Assembly: GCF_009914755.1 (NCBI RefSeq)
Contig: NC_060935.1
DNA length: 64,000 bases
Source of the DNA: the human T2T-CHM13v2.0 reference genome, Homo sapiens
Strand: one strand, 5' to 3'
Of this stretch, positions 1 to 14,698 are shown piece by piece. The notes beneath the pieces are model-generated. The model did no database searches. It worked only from the letters and a program-made list of their open reading frames with translations, and had not been told where the DNA came from. A program made the position numbers and the translations under genes. Positions within the stretch are counted from its first letter, which is position 1, and each line of letters opens with the position of its first letter.

Positions 1-401
<401 letters not shown>

Positions 402-1258
402 ACTGTCCTGTGGATTATTAACTAGTTGGCTCTTTATACAAATTCTATTGAGCACCTAGCACGTACCAATTACCAGTCTATTCACTGCAATAAGCAAGCC
501 AGACAGGGTCCCTGTCCTCCTGGAGCTCATGGTCTGGAGAAGCACCTGGACTGTTCTTTGGTAGTGGCATCTGAATCCAGAGCTTCCTGAGTTTTGCTCC
601 TAGAGGACCTTGTGCAGAGCTGCCTGCTGAGGGGGAACAGCCCAATGGCTTCCTAGCGCACTTGCCAAATACCTGCCTCCAAGCCGTCTGCTTCTTCCAT
701 CAGGTCCTTGCTTTTGGATCCCAGAGACTTCATTTCCTGCCCTACTTTTCCTTCCAAGAGCTCAGTGGAGAGTTCTCTTCCTAAAAAAAGAGAAGCTTAC
801 TTCTTCAGCAGTGTTATCTCTGGGTCTCAACCATAAGGCTGGAATTTTCCCACTCAGCCATGGAGTAGTGTTGCCCTTTCCATCTTCCTGAAGCCAGAGC
901 ATGCCACATGTGGTAGAAGCCATTAGTAAGAGATGGGTAGCAGTCAAGGGCATGGCCCCAAGTCTGGACTCGTGGCTACTGGGGAGAAAGGGAAATTGAT
1001 GAAGCTCCTATAGTGTGACTGCTATTGTGTGCTACATTCACAGAATCCCCAACTGCCCTATGATGCAGACCAGGCTCTCCAAGGCTGGGTCCTGAGAAAT
1101 GGTACTTTCTTCAGATGTTAATAGATTCTGTGTGCAATTTTGGGAAATTCTATAGTTCTTTGTTCAGTGCCTTTAATAGCCTAATGTGCATGGTGAAACT
1201 CAAAGGGGGAGGTTATGACAGGCAGTCTCCCCCAAATTTATTTCACCCAAATGCCCCA

Positions 1259-1692
1259 TACTAGATTGAATAGTGTCCCCCCAAAATTCAAGTCCACCCA
1301 CAACCTCGGAATGTGGCCTTATTTGGAGATAGTCTTTGCAGGCATAATTAATCAAGGTGATGCCACGCTGGAGTAGAGGGAGCCCTAACCCAATGACGGA
1401 TGTCCTTAGAAGACGAGAAAACAGAGACACATGGCGAAGAAGGCCATGTGATGAGAGGGTCAGAGACTGGAGAGATTCATCCACAAACCAAGGAACGTCA
1501 AGGGGTGCCGGAAACCCCCGAAGCTAAGAAGAAGCAAAAAAGGAGCTTTCCCCTCAGGGTTCAGAGGGAGCATGGCCTGGCTGACACCTCGATTTTGGAC
1601 ATCTAGCTCCAGAACTGTGAGAAAATAAATTTCTGTTGTTTTAAGTCACCTGGGTTGTGGTCATTTGTTACAGCATCCGCGGGGAACTAATA
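1259..1692 (+). mobile_element. MLT1B/C-like solo LTR
   Basis: TTGAATAGTGTCCCCCCAAAA start, CCTTATTTGGA, CCAGAACTGTGAGAAAATAAATTTCTGTTG, GGAACTAATA end; AATAAA at 1624-1629. Confidence 0.85.
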
Positions 1693-2373
1693 TGACCCCT
1701 TTATACCTTGAATCCTATTAACCAGTGATACAGGTTACCACTTTGAAAATAGGCAATGTGGTTGTCCCCACTTTACAGATGGGGAAACTGAGATTCTTTG
1801 AGGATCAGTAGCTTTCCTCAGGCTCCACAGAGTGTGGCTTCCATAGCAGTGTCAGAGCTCACACCTGGGTCTCTGCGTCCGCAGTGTTTAACCCTCTCCC
1901 TGGTGCCACAGCTGCATCCTTCAGACCCGGGCTTTCGTGGTTTCTAGTGAGTCTCAGGTGTCTGTTTCCAAAGTCGTTGCTCCCCTTCCTGCCTGGCACC
2001 CTGCAGTGACAAGCCAGCCCTGGAGGCCTCTCTATGCAGGATCCTCTCTTCCCCTTGGCCATTGAGAAGGGAAGTGTCCTTGCATCAGGCTGCCTTGTTC
2101 CAGAATCTCTAACGGACTGAGGAGTCCAAGCTGGGATGAATGGGACTCAGGCCACTGTTTCCAGGTGGGCTCACTGCCTTTGATGTCTGCAGCTGCTGAG
2201 AGGCCCTCTGCGTCATTTCACTGAGCCCAGGGCGTACCCTTCGTGGAGGAAACCACAGCCTCTCATCTGACCAGGAGAGGGGAGATCTGCCATCTCTTTG
2301 CTTTCTTTATTCTCTAGACAATTTTTTTATTTCTTTTAAAAACAAATACATGCTTTTTGGAAAAAAGTAATCA

Positions 2374-2628
2374 GGCTGAACTCAGTGGCTCATGCCTGTA
2401 ATCCCAGCATTTTGGGAGGCTGAGGTAGGAATGTCACTTGAGGCCAGGAGTTCAAGATCAGCCTGGGCAACAGAGCAAGACCTTGTCTCTGCAGAAAAAA
2501 AATCTTTTTATTACCTGGGCAGAGGATCACTTGAGCCCAGGAGACTGAAGCTGCAGTGAGCTATGTTCATGCCTTTGCACTCCAGCCTGGGCAGAAAGAG
2601 TGATATATTATCTTTAAAAATTAAAAAA
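2374..2628 (+). mobile_element. AluJ with internal deletion
   Basis: J-type CTTGAGGCCAGGAGTTCAAG and GCTGCAGTGAGCTATG; start of right arm missing. Confidence 0.9.
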
Positions 2629-2924
2629 TTATTATTATTTTTGAGACAGAGTCTCACTCTGGTTGCCCAGGCTAGGGTGCAGTGCCTTAATTGCAGCTCA
2701 ATGCAGCTCAGGTTCCTGGGCTCAGGTGATTCTCCCACCTCAGCCTCCGAGTAGCTGGGACAACAGGCACGAGCCACCAACCCCAGCTAATTGTTTTTAT
2801 TTTTAGTAGAGATGGAGTTTCGCCACGCTGTCCAGGCTGGTCTCAAACTCATGGGCTCAAGTGATCCACTCACCTTGGCCTCCCAAAGTGCTGGGATTAC
2901 AGGTATGAGGCACTGCACCAGGCC
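2629..2924 (-). mobile_element. AluJ
   Basis: Reverse-complement dimer TTTTTGAGACAGAGTCTC...CACCAGGCC. Confidence 0.92.
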
Positions 2925-3447
2925 AAAATTTTTTTAAAAATCAGAAAATATAACAAAGAGCAAAGAAGAAAACAGATATTACTTATATAGCCACCAGCAG
3001 TTTACTATGTATAAATGTCCAGAAGGAAAAAAAGCTATATTCATATATGCATCTGGTTATATTATATATAGAGAGTCATGCATTCACAGCTCAAATTCAA
3101 CTATGTTTAAAAATAAACATTTATATATAAGCTCTTTTTACTCTTGGAGAAATGTGGCCATAATAACAATTTTATACTCTATCCTAAGCATTAACACAGG
3201 TCCTTAAAAATTCTTTGTATGTATCATTTAATATGGCTACATTCTACTCTATCAAGTGGATCACCACTTATTAGTCATTTATTCTATTACCAGGCATGCA
3301 AGTTGTTTCCAGTTTTTCATTAACTCAAAAAAAAAAAAAAAAAACCACACACACACACTCTTTTGAGCGCGGTTGATGTAAGCCTTTATATACATTACTG
3401 ATGGTGCCCTTAGCATGACTTACTGGGTTCAAGGTCATGAACATAAC

Positions 3448-3744
3448 TTTTTTTCTTTTGAGACAGGGTCTCACTCTATCACCTATGCTGGAATGCAGTG
3501 GCACAGTCAATCACAGCTCACTGCAGCCTTGACCTCCCAGACTCAGGTGATCCTCCCACCTCAGCCTCCCAAGTAGCTGGGACTACAGGCGTGCGCCACC
3601 ACACCCAGCTCATTTTTGTATTTTTAATAAAGACAGTGTTTTGCTGTGTTGCCCAGGCTAGTCTCGAATTCCTGGACTCAAGCATTCCACCTGCCTCAGC
3701 CTCCCAAAGTGCTAGGATTACAGGTGTGAGTCACTGCACCCAGT
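3448..3744 (-). mobile_element. AluJ
   Basis: Reverse dimer with GCAGCCTTGACCTCC J-type motif. Confidence 0.92.
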
Positions 3745-3756
3745 CAGAATATAACC

Positions 3757-5150
3757 TTTTTACAGCTTTATTGAAGTATAATTTACATAACATAAAATTC
3801 ACCTATAGTAAATATACAATTCAATGATTTGTAATAAATTTGTATACTTTTACAACCATGTCCACAATCAGTTTTAGAATATTTTTATCAACCCAAAACA
3901 TTTCATGCTATGCTCATTTGCAGTCAAATATAGTCCTACTTTAAACCCAGTCAACCACAAATCTACTTTCTTCCTCTATTGATTTGTCTTTTCTGGACAT
4001 TTCGTATAAACAGAATCATACAACATGTATTCTGTTCTGTGTGGCTTCCTTCCCTTAGCATACTGTTTTTATGGTTCATTCATGTTGTGGCATGAATCAG
4101 TACTTTTTTCTTTTTATGCTAAGTACTATCTCAGTGGATGCGTTTATTACATTTTGCTTATTCATTCACCTGTCAATGGAAATTTGGATTGTTTCCAGTT
4201 TTTGCCTATTAAGAACAAAGTTGCTGTGAATATTTGCATACAAGTCTTTGTGTGGACGTATGTTTTCATTTCTCTGGGTTACATTCCTAGGAGTAGGTCA
4301 TATAATAAGTTTATAGTTAACTTTTTAAGAAACTGCCAAATTGTTTTCCAAAGTGGTTGCTCCATTTTATGTTCCCACCAGCAACGTATGAGAGTTCCAC
4401 TTTCTTCACATCCTGTGGTACCTCTTCGTGGTTGAATTTGCATTTTCCCAATAACTAAGGGTGTTGAATGTCCTTTCATGTGTTTATTAGCCATTTGTGT
4501 ATCTTTTTCAAAGAAATGTCTGTTCAAATGTTTTTCTCATTTTTAATTTGGTTGATTGTCTTAGTGTTGTAAGAGTTCTTTATATATTCTGGAAATAAGT
4601 CCTTTATCAGATATATGATTTGCAATTCTTTTCTCTTAGTCTGTGGCTTGTCTTTTTGGGGTTTTTTTTGTTGTTGTTTGTTTTTGAGACAGTCTCCCTG
4701 TCGCCAAGGCTGGAGTGCACAGTGGCAGGATCTCAGCTCACTGCAACCTCCTCCTCCCAGGTTCACACGATTCTTGTGTCTCAGCCTCCCAAGTAGCTGG
4801 GATTACAGGCATGCACCACCACGCACAGCTAATTTTTGTATTTTTAGCAGAGATGAGGTTTCACCATGTTGACCAGGCTGGTCTCAAACTCCTGGCCTCA
4901 AGCAATCCACCCGCCTCGACCTTCCAAAGTAATGGAATTACAGGCATGAGCCACCATGCCTGGCCTTGTCTTTTCATATTTTTAATGGTATTTCTAGAAG
5001 AGCAAAAGATTTTCATTTTGATAAAGTCCAATTTACCTTGTTTTTCTTTTTAGATTGCCCTTTTTGGTGACTTGTCTAAGAAAGTTTTGCCTAACAAGGT
5101 CATAAACATTTTCTCCTATGTTTTCCTTTACAAGTTTTTAAAATATAATT
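3757..5150 (-). mobile_element. Old L1 (L1MB-like) 3' fragment interrupted by an Alu
   Basis: CTTTATTGAAGTATAATTTACATA 3' end; minus ORF 4279-4527 (MNRHFFEKDTQMANKHMK...LWKTIWQFLKKL) is L1 ORF2 C-terminus. Confidence 0.85.
4655..4965 (-). mobile_element. AluS
   Basis: Reverse dimer; TTGTCTTTT on both flanks (TSD). Confidence 0.92.
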
Positions 5151-5216
5151 TTAAAATAATTTTTCATTTTGAACATAATCCATAGTAACATTAAAAACAA
5201 ATAGAAAATATAAACA

Positions 5217-5704
<488 letters not shown>

Positions 5705-5775
5705 TCAGCAAAAGGAAGAAGTTACAGATCACTCATAATCCCCCTGCCCCAAAATTCATGTTTTGTTACACGTCT

Positions 5776-6321
5776 TTATTGGTTACCTATTGCTGCATAA
5801 CAAATTATTCCCAAAATGTAACAGCTTAAAATAACACATTTATTATCTCAAAACTTCTGTGGATTGGGAATCTGGGAGCACTCTTCTTGGTGCCTTTGGC
5901 TCAGGATCACTCACAAGGCTGCAGTCAAGGTATCCCCTGGGGCAGCCATCGTCTCAAGCCTCCGCTGGAAGAGGGTGCATGTCCAAGCTTGCCCATGTGG
6001 CTGTGGGCAGGCCTCAAGTCTTCACTGGCTGTTGGCTGAAGGCATCAATTTCTTGCCATGTGGGTCTCCCCACAGGGCAATTCACAACATGGCGACTGGC
6101 TTTCCTGAGAGCAAGCAAACAAGAGCAGGCAAGAAGGTGCCCAAACAGGCCACCCCCTTTTTGTAACTTATTCATAGAAGTGACATCCCTTTATCTTGTG
6201 CCCTGCTGAATGCTTAGAGGTGAGTCACCAGGTCCAGCTCACTCTCCAGGGAAGGGGATTGCACAAGTTCTGAATACCAGGAGGTGGGGGTCATTGGGGA
6301 CCGTATTAGAAGGCTGCCACG
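5776..6321 (-). mobile_element. MLT1F-like solo LTR
   Basis: TATTGCTGCATAACAAATTA...GCTTAAAATAACACATTTATTATCTCA...GGAGGTGGGGGTCATTGGGG. Confidence 0.8.
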
Positions 6322-8468
6322 ATGTCCTTCTTGTTACTCATCTTTTGTTGTTCTTACGTATTGGGTGGTAAATCTTCACCTGTGGAACTTTTTCCACAGA
6401 TGCAGGGGCCCCTTTCTAGATTCTAGATTCTCCTGAATCAGGATCTCCTGAGAACCGCAGTTCTCTGTATGCTTATCTCTGAAAAGCTCCACAGGTCATT
6501 CTAATGGGAGCCAAGTAAGAGTCACTCAAAAGTGAGTATTTCCCATATGGATTACAACTGCATATATGTTTAGAAGCATTTTTTTTTCTTTTTATCCCCT
6601 CAAATAGTGTTGAACACAAATGTGTTCCAGGTGCTTGGTTCTCAGTGTGGGGCCATCATTTCCATTTCTCCTCAGGAAGCTGTGTTTTACGATCCCTTTG
6701 CAGGCAGAGCCCCACCAACCAGGCCTGGCGATCATGACATCCAATTCCAGGGGCTGCAGGGGAGCCCTTCCTTCCGAGTGAGCCACGAGGCTGCCTGCCC
6801 TGGTGTTTGGCTTCAGGCAGCTCTGACATCAATCTGTCATTCCAGAGGACACTTTTAGATGTAAGTCTGCTGGTGTGGGGACTTTATGAGAACAGGAATC
6901 CCTGGCTGTGAAATTGCTGGCATTTCATGATGTGAGAGAAGATTTACAAGCTCCATGCTGAGCTAGGCTCTTAACACAAGCCCAAGCAGTTACACAATCC
7001 AGCCTGCCAGGCAGGCAGAATGTGCAGGGAGCGGCAGGTGGGAGGAAGGGGAAGCTGCCACTTTACCATGCTCAGGACGCCTGGCCCTATCCAAACACCC
7101 ACTGGGGGCTTAGTGCAAAGTTGCCTTAACTGTATTCACTGCAGCACGGGTCCCTCTGCAGATCTTAGTAAGCAAATGGGCAGTGGTATGTTGTGAGACT
7201 GTGGATTCAGAGAGGAAGGAATTTCAAAGGTCACTCTCTCCCGTCCTCTCCTGATGCTCCCCTCCCACCTTCCTAGCTAAAAGCTAACTCCTACTCCCCA
7301 ATCCAAAGGAAACACAAGCATGCCCTCTCCCATAATCCTGTTCAATTTTTTTTTTTTTTTTTTGCATAACCCTATCTCTACTGTGTATGTATACATTTTA
7401 GTTTTTTCATGGCTTTTTTTTTGTGTGTATGTGTGTGTTGTTTATCTCTCCTGCTTGAATGTGAGCTTTCTAAAAGCAACAGCTTTGCCTGTCTTGTCAG
7501 TTTTACTTCTGGCATTCAAATCATTGCTAGACCTCAGTACATCCAGACATTGCTAGACCTCAGGCGCTGGCCTGTAAGGTCCTGAACGCCCTGCTTCCAG
7601 TATCCAAATATTCATTCATTCATTGAATGCACAGTTTTACCACTGTACCTGCTCAGGTCTCCTAAGCTTAGTGGTGGCCTCATCACACTGATTTTCACCT
7701 TGATAGGTTGATTCAATGAATGAATTAATGACTGTTGTGATTCTGCCAGGGGCAGAGAGCTCAGGACCTTATGGATCAGCCCAGCCTGGGTCTGATGGCT
7801 CTCACTCTTGGCCCCTCCTCATTTTTCCCTGCTGTCTCCCTGTGTGTACCCCCCTTCATTGTCCTCACTTGAAAGGCCACTCTGAACTAGCCTGCTCCTC
7901 TTGGAGCGCCCCAGAGATTCAAAAACAGCAGCTGCATGCTTTTCAAGATGAATGTCCCTGTTTCTTTTAGCTGTCTCTCGCGTGTCATTGTCATCCTACT
8001 CACCATCCTCGGGAGGGGTCTAGCGAGCCATTGTCCCTCAATAATTTGGGTTAAGTCTTTGAGATTCTTAGTAAGTCTTGGCAGTTTGCAGATTTTGAGA
8101 CACTTCCCACTCAACACTTAGCTCATTTCTTCATGCTCAGATTTTTCATGTAGAAAAACAGTCAGTGGGTTTAATTGAGGATTGGTGCTTTTAACCAATT
8201 CTCTCTCTGTTTCTTTGCCCAAATTTTCTAGTGGACAACAGCCAAAAGTAGGGGCCCCTGGATCTTCAGGGTCAAATGGCCCTATTGTTTCCCCCCTACC
8301 AGAAGTATTTTATGGTCCCACCCTACAGAGAAGAGGGGACCAGCCCCCTGTCTCTCACTGAAGGGCAGTCTCACTTGGGAGGGGTGGAGTATGTGGGGCC
8401 TGGGACCCCTAGGGTACTTTTCCAGAGTCTGAGATGAAGGAGGTGTGCTGTTTGAAAATGGACACATG

Positions 8469-8832
<364 letters not shown>

Positions 8833-10687
8833 TCAATTTTGTGGCCTCGTGGGGAGAGATATCTAAGTGTGCGGGTTTATGAAGGTTGAGACACTGGCTG
8901 GGACTTGGCACCTGTCAGGTCTCCTATGCTTAGAGTGGCCTCACCACACTGACATCCAACTTGCATGCTGATTCTGACTTCCCCCTCTTCCAGCTGGGCA
9001 CAGTGCTCCTTTTGGCTCCAGGTGCAGAACCCAAGTGTACAACAGGAAGATCCCTGCTCCGCCTCCTGGGAGGGGTGTTCCTCCCAGGAGGAAACCATGT
9101 GGAGGGGTTTGATAAACTAGCAGGCGGCCAGCAGGGAAGGGTAGGTGTCGCATCTGGTATCCATCAGCCACTGCTCTGTCCCGGGTCCCAGGTAGCCTCC
9201 AATCTCTGAAGAGGGCCCTGAGCCCTGAACTGGCAGGTGTTTGTTTATCAGAGATTTCTGGATGATCTTGCAGGTGACAGGGAGGAGCAATGATTACGTA
9301 CGTCCCCTGCTTGACAATCGTTCCATTCATTCATCTGCCCATTCCCTTGCCCAGCCGACACGTGCTCTGGGGCCCATGTAGCCAGGCCCTGCGCCGCGTT
9401 CCTCTCTCCTCTTTCCCTCTTCTTGCTGCTCCACCTCCCTTCACAAAGGAATTTATGTAGACTTTCAAATAAAACATTCAGCCATAAAAAACTAAATGCC
9501 CAAGAACACTCAATTATGCAAAAATGCTGCTTAATTTTCATGAAAAAATTTTAAATAAGAAAGTACCCAAATGAGAGTTTTGTAGAAACATCCACATCAA
9601 TTTCTGGCTGAATAAAATACCCCGAGTCATTTCTTATTGAAAGTCTACGCACTTCAGTATCATTTGGAAAAATAATCACGGCTTACATATTTCATAGTGG
9701 AGAGTTGAGAGGGCAGGGATTCGGGTGACAACTTTATTAAAGAAAAGGACAAAGTGGGTTTCGTTATCCATGGAATCCTGCTTGGGCCGCTGGGATTCAG
9801 ATAAGTGTCAGTGTCACTTAGAAAGGTGACTTAGGATTATATACTGTCACAAAACAAGTAACAAAATTTAAAAGGCTGGTTGTTTGGGGGCCTTATGAAG
9901 ACACGTATCTGTTGTCTTAATGATGAGAGAAGCCCCATTCTATGGATGTGGCTGGGCAATTATGTGGGGTGCCTGCTCTGATGGCCACTTCTACCACCAT
10001 CAAACCCCTGGCATCTAGAACTCTGAGCATCACCATCCACTACTGCCCATCCGGTTCACAAATGGCAGGGCCCACAACACAGAGGTAAAGTCAACATTTT
10101 ATTTGGAGATGTTTACTGCTGCTACTAATTGAAACCCACCATCAGAGCATCAGACCTATAATGGACATTCTTGGGGACCATAGCCCACCCACTTATCAGC
10201 CCTCACCAGTTTTTGGATCCCAGTTTAGGTGCAAATCTCTTTGTGCCTCAGTCTCCTCACTTCTAACATGGGTAATTGCACAAGGATTAGCTCTGGGAAT
10301 CTCATAGCAGCTGCTGTTGTGTAAACAATAAGAGGTTCAGAGTGTTCTGAGGAGTCTCCTGATGTTCCAGAAGGTCTGTGTCATTGAGTCTACGAAATAT
10401 GAGGACCAAAGGGCCTCCGAAGATGGGAACACATTGTCCCCTGCCACGCTGGTGTGCACGCTGTGTACCCTGGCTCTGCGGCTCCCTCAGACATCTCACT
10501 CACCCCCAGCCAAGGTTGGTTGTTCTAAACCCCCCACCTTCAGAACATTTATAGCTTTAATTGTGACATGAGGGCCACAGTGCCTCCCCACTCTGGCCTA
10601 TTTCTGTCAGATCCAAGTTAAGAGGGGGTGACCTGACACTCGTGGCGTGTGCAGCCTGAAGGGAGCAGCTGGAGCCTCTGGCAGCTG

Positions 10688-10918
10688 TCTGAGCACATGG
10701 GCGTTGGCTCCGGGCAGTGCGGGCTCGAATCCCAGCTCCGCCATGAATGGCCATGTGCTCTTGGGGCTGACTTCTCTAATCTTGCTGAGGCTCAATTCTC
10801 CATCTCTAAATCAGGGGTTAAAAGCACCTACCACACACACAGTGTTGCTGTTCAAAGTGAAATATGTGCAATGGGCATAGTGTGCTGCTTGGCACAAAAT
10901 AGGTGCTTGGTTAATGGG
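10688..10918 (+). mobile_element. MIR
   Basis: GGCTCGAATCCCAGCTCCGCCA B-box head, core, TGGCACAAAATAGGTGCT tail. Confidence 0.75.
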
Positions 10919-11104
10919 AGTGGCCTTCCTCCCCACCAGCTTCCTTCGTGGTGCAGCAGACACTCGGCAGGTGTGAGCTGCCCAGGCCAGTCTGGGAGAA
11001 GTGGTTTCTCCTGCAGTCCTGGGCTCCACAGTGGGGCCAGTTCTCAGACTTGCCTTGCTTGGCCATTGGCAGGACTTCCAGAACCTTCTACTGTTTCTGG
11101 CAGT

Positions 11105-11147
11105 GGATGGAACAGGGGCTCCTCAGGATGGAACAGGGGCTCCTCAG
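11105..11147. repeat. Perfect 21-bp tandem duplication
   Basis: GGATGGAACAGGGGCTCCTCA x2. Confidence 0.97.
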
Positions 11148-12027
11148 AACTCGCCTTCCACCCAGTCCCTGTACCAATGCTGATCCCTGCCTTGAAGTGA
11201 CTGCTCTGGGGTCCCAGGCTCTCCCCAGCCTCTCTTTCCACGTCTGTATGTACCAGCGCTGGGGGGGGCCCAGACTCTGATGAACAACTGTAGGAATCTC
11301 AGCTCTTAACTCTAGCCAGACACATGATCATCTAGTTGTAAGGCCCTTTGGTCATTTGCTTATAAGGACCATTTTGGAGAATATATGACATTTCCAAGAA
11401 CACAGGGAATGTTTCTGCCCACCCCTCCCCAAGCACCCCCGACCCTACCTCTTTCTCTCCCTCTCTCTTGCATCTTGGCCCACATAATCCCTAACTCCAG
11501 GTGCTTGACCACTGGGCTCATATCTTGTTGTTCTTGCTTGCCTTGTTTGGTTTCATTTTTCCTGCAGGTTTTTGGGTAAATCATCTTTGATCCTTTTGAA
11601 AGTAAACAATGAGTAAATAAATCTGAGTGGAAGCTCTCTCAAACATTAACTCCTGTTGCGCAGTTAACTAGTTTCTGTGTTGACCTCAGAATTGAGCTTT
11701 TCTAACAATCTGTTTATTGAAGAGTTTCTGGAGCTTACAAGTTAAAAAAATGCTTGTTACCATGTGCGGTTACTAATGTATGTTCATCAGAACTCCTTCA
11801 ATACTGTGTAAGCAGTCAATACAAAACACAGAGATAAATCAGGTGCAGAGGGCGGACTACAGCTGAGTAGCAGAATCCCTGATTTCATTTTGTTGTTGGT
11901 CAAGGAAACTTCTTGTTCACATAGAGTTTATGTCATAGACCAACTTATTGTGAAAGTAAGCAAATGCTATATTTACTTACAAAATTTAGTACCATATAAC
12001 TTTTATGAAGTATGTTTATGCAAATTC

Positions 12028-12326
<299 letters not shown>

Positions 12327-12798
12327 TGCAAATTCTTTTAAAGTACACTTTTATAGTTGTATAATGCCAGTGTAGACTAACCTCTGTAACAACCAACCTT
12401 CAAATGTCAATGTCTTAATATCTTACTTTCGTATCAAAATACAAAGTGAGTCAGCAGGGAGACTGTTCCAGTGTCATTCAGGGACCCTGACTTCTTCCAT
12501 CCTGTGGTTCTACCTTACCCTGGGTACTCTTCACTCAACTTATGGATGGGCAAAGGGAAGCGTTCATCTGAGGTGGTCGTGTGAGTCTGTGTGAGCCTGC
12601 AAGCACTGCCCATCTCTTACACCCACACCCCATTGGCCAGAACTCTGTTCTCTGATAAACAGTGGCATCGTTGTTGTGCTTGACCACAAGAAAAGGAATT
12701 GTGTGTCCAGGAAAGAGAGAAGATGCATGTAGCTGAGGAGTGGCAGTTTCGGCTGTAAATATATAACCTCACCCAAGGGGGTGCTTCACCTAAAAACT

Positions 12799-13256
12799 TG
12801 CAGTAGGCAGAATGATGGTGTCCCCAGTGACGTCCACGTCCTCATCCCAGAATCTGTGACTATGTCACCTTACATGCACAAGGACCTTGCAGATGGGATT
12901 AAGCTGAGAATCCTGAGATGGGGATGTTTTCCTGGATAATCTGGGCAGGCCCAGTATCATCACAAAGGTCCTTAGAAGTGGAAGAGGGAGGCAGGAGAGT
13001 CAGAGAGAGGTTTGAAGATGCCGTACTGAAGGCTTTGAAGGTGGAGGAAAGGGCAAGGAACCCAGGCAGCCTCTGGAAGCAGGAAAAGGTGAAGGAATGA
13101 ATCCCTGGAGGACGCAGCCCTGCCAACACCTCAATTTCAGCACAGTGAGACCCATTTTGGACCTCTGATCTTTAAGACTATGAGATAATAAATCTGCATT
13201 GTTGTAAGCCTCCAAGTTTGTGGCAATTTGTTACAGCAGCCATAGGAAATGGATAC
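12799..13256 (+). mobile_element. MLT1D solo LTR
   Basis: TGCAGTAGGCAGAATGATGG...GTCCACGTCCTCATCCC...ATAATAAATCTG...CAGCAGCCATAGGAAA. Confidence 0.88.
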
Positions 13257-13765
13257 GGAGCTCTCTCAATGTTGTATCCCTACCATGTGCCTGACCCATT
13301 GGAGGTTCACCCAGTAGGCACATTTTTTTCATGTGGGCTTCAATGGGGGAGCAAAGGGCACCTGTGAAGCAGGAACTGAAATGATGGAGGAAGGGGGGAC
13401 CGTGTCCTAAAGGTTAGGAGAGTGTTTTCACGAAGCCCAGGTAAGAGAGGGTGACTGAAATTGCAAAAAGGAGACGCCACGGAAGGCGATGTCCTGGAAG
13501 CCACAGAGTAAGAAGCACACCTGTTCCTTTCCCTCCCGCCTCTTTGGGCCAGCATGTGGGGAATGAAGTGGTTTCTGATGATGACGAGGTGGCATCAGGG
13601 GAGCCATGCTTCTCTTCTGGTGAGGGAGGAGTGTGGGAGCAGAAGGATCACAGAGGAGACGGGGAGAAAACAGGAGAGTGGTTAGGGGCTCAGACTCAGG
13701 AGTTAAACTGCTAGGGTCTGAAGCATCCTCACTCCCCTTCCTGTTACCTAGCAATGTAAACATAG

Positions 13766-14456
13766 GTATTCTATCTTCTGGCTGTGTAACAAGCCACCCC
13801 AAAACCCAGTAGAGTAAACATCCATTTAGTTATGCTTATTCTGTGGGTCGGACAGGGCACAGTGGGGACAGGATTTCTCTGATCTATGACATCTGGGCCT
13901 CAAGGGGGAAGGTTCAATGTCTGGGGGATGACTCAACCGCTGGGGACTAGAATCACCTGGATTTCCACCTAGACTGGAACACCTGCATGTGAGCTCTCTG
14001 TGTGTGCTAGGATTTCTCATAGCATGGCAACTTTGGGTCACCCGACTTCTTTCTTGGAAGTCCGGGCTTCAAAGGTAAGTGCCAGGCTGGGCTTGGTGGC
14101 TCATGGCTGTAATCCCAGCAATCTGTGAGGCTGGGGAGGGAGGATTGCTTGAGGTCGGGAGTTTGAGACCAGCCTGGACAACATAGCAAGACCCTGTGTC
14201 CATTAAAAAAAAAAGAAAGAAAAAAAAGCGAGTGCCCCAGCTCATAAGGTGGAACTTGTAGCATCTCTTATGACTAAGCCTCAGAAGTCACGGTAGGTCA
14301 CTTCTGCTTCATTGTATCGGTTTACAGTCAAAGCCCACCCGGATTCAAGAAGGGCATCAGACTCTGTCTCTTAATAGGGCCCTGGCAAGGTCCAAGCAGA
14401 GCATGTCAGTTGGCAGATATCGTTGCAGCTGCCTTTGGAGAATACAGTCTGCCACA
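13766..14456 (-). mobile_element. MLT1G-like LTR interrupted by a FLAM
   Basis: GCTGTGTAACAAGCCACCCCAAAAC ... TTTGGAGAATACAGTCTGCCACA. Confidence 0.72.
14085..14228 (+). mobile_element. FLAM / Alu left monomer
   Basis: Single monomer with A-rich tail. Confidence 0.88.
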
Positions 14457-14698
14457 TTTGGCAATTTCTTTACCTCCTCTGAGATTTGGTTTCTTCATCA
14501 GGAAGATGGTGGTGACACTGTGATATTCTCATCTGGATTAAGCATGGAAAGCCTTTGGCAGTGCCTGGTATGTGATAATGTCATAAGTGTCCTGAGACAG
14601 CAGAGCTCATGTGCATTCTTTCTCGTGGCTGCATCCACAGTGCCTCCTACAGTGCCTGGCATGTGAATGAACTTGAAAGGGCTGTGTCAGATTGTCAG

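Noticed and set aside
10710-10745. tRNA-like B box GGCTCGAATCCC
   Set aside because: Head of a MIR SINE; no cloverleaf
10649-11200. 183-aa ORF with an SGWNRGS repeat
   Set aside because: Non-ATG start, spans a MIR, and the repeat only reflects the 21-bp duplication
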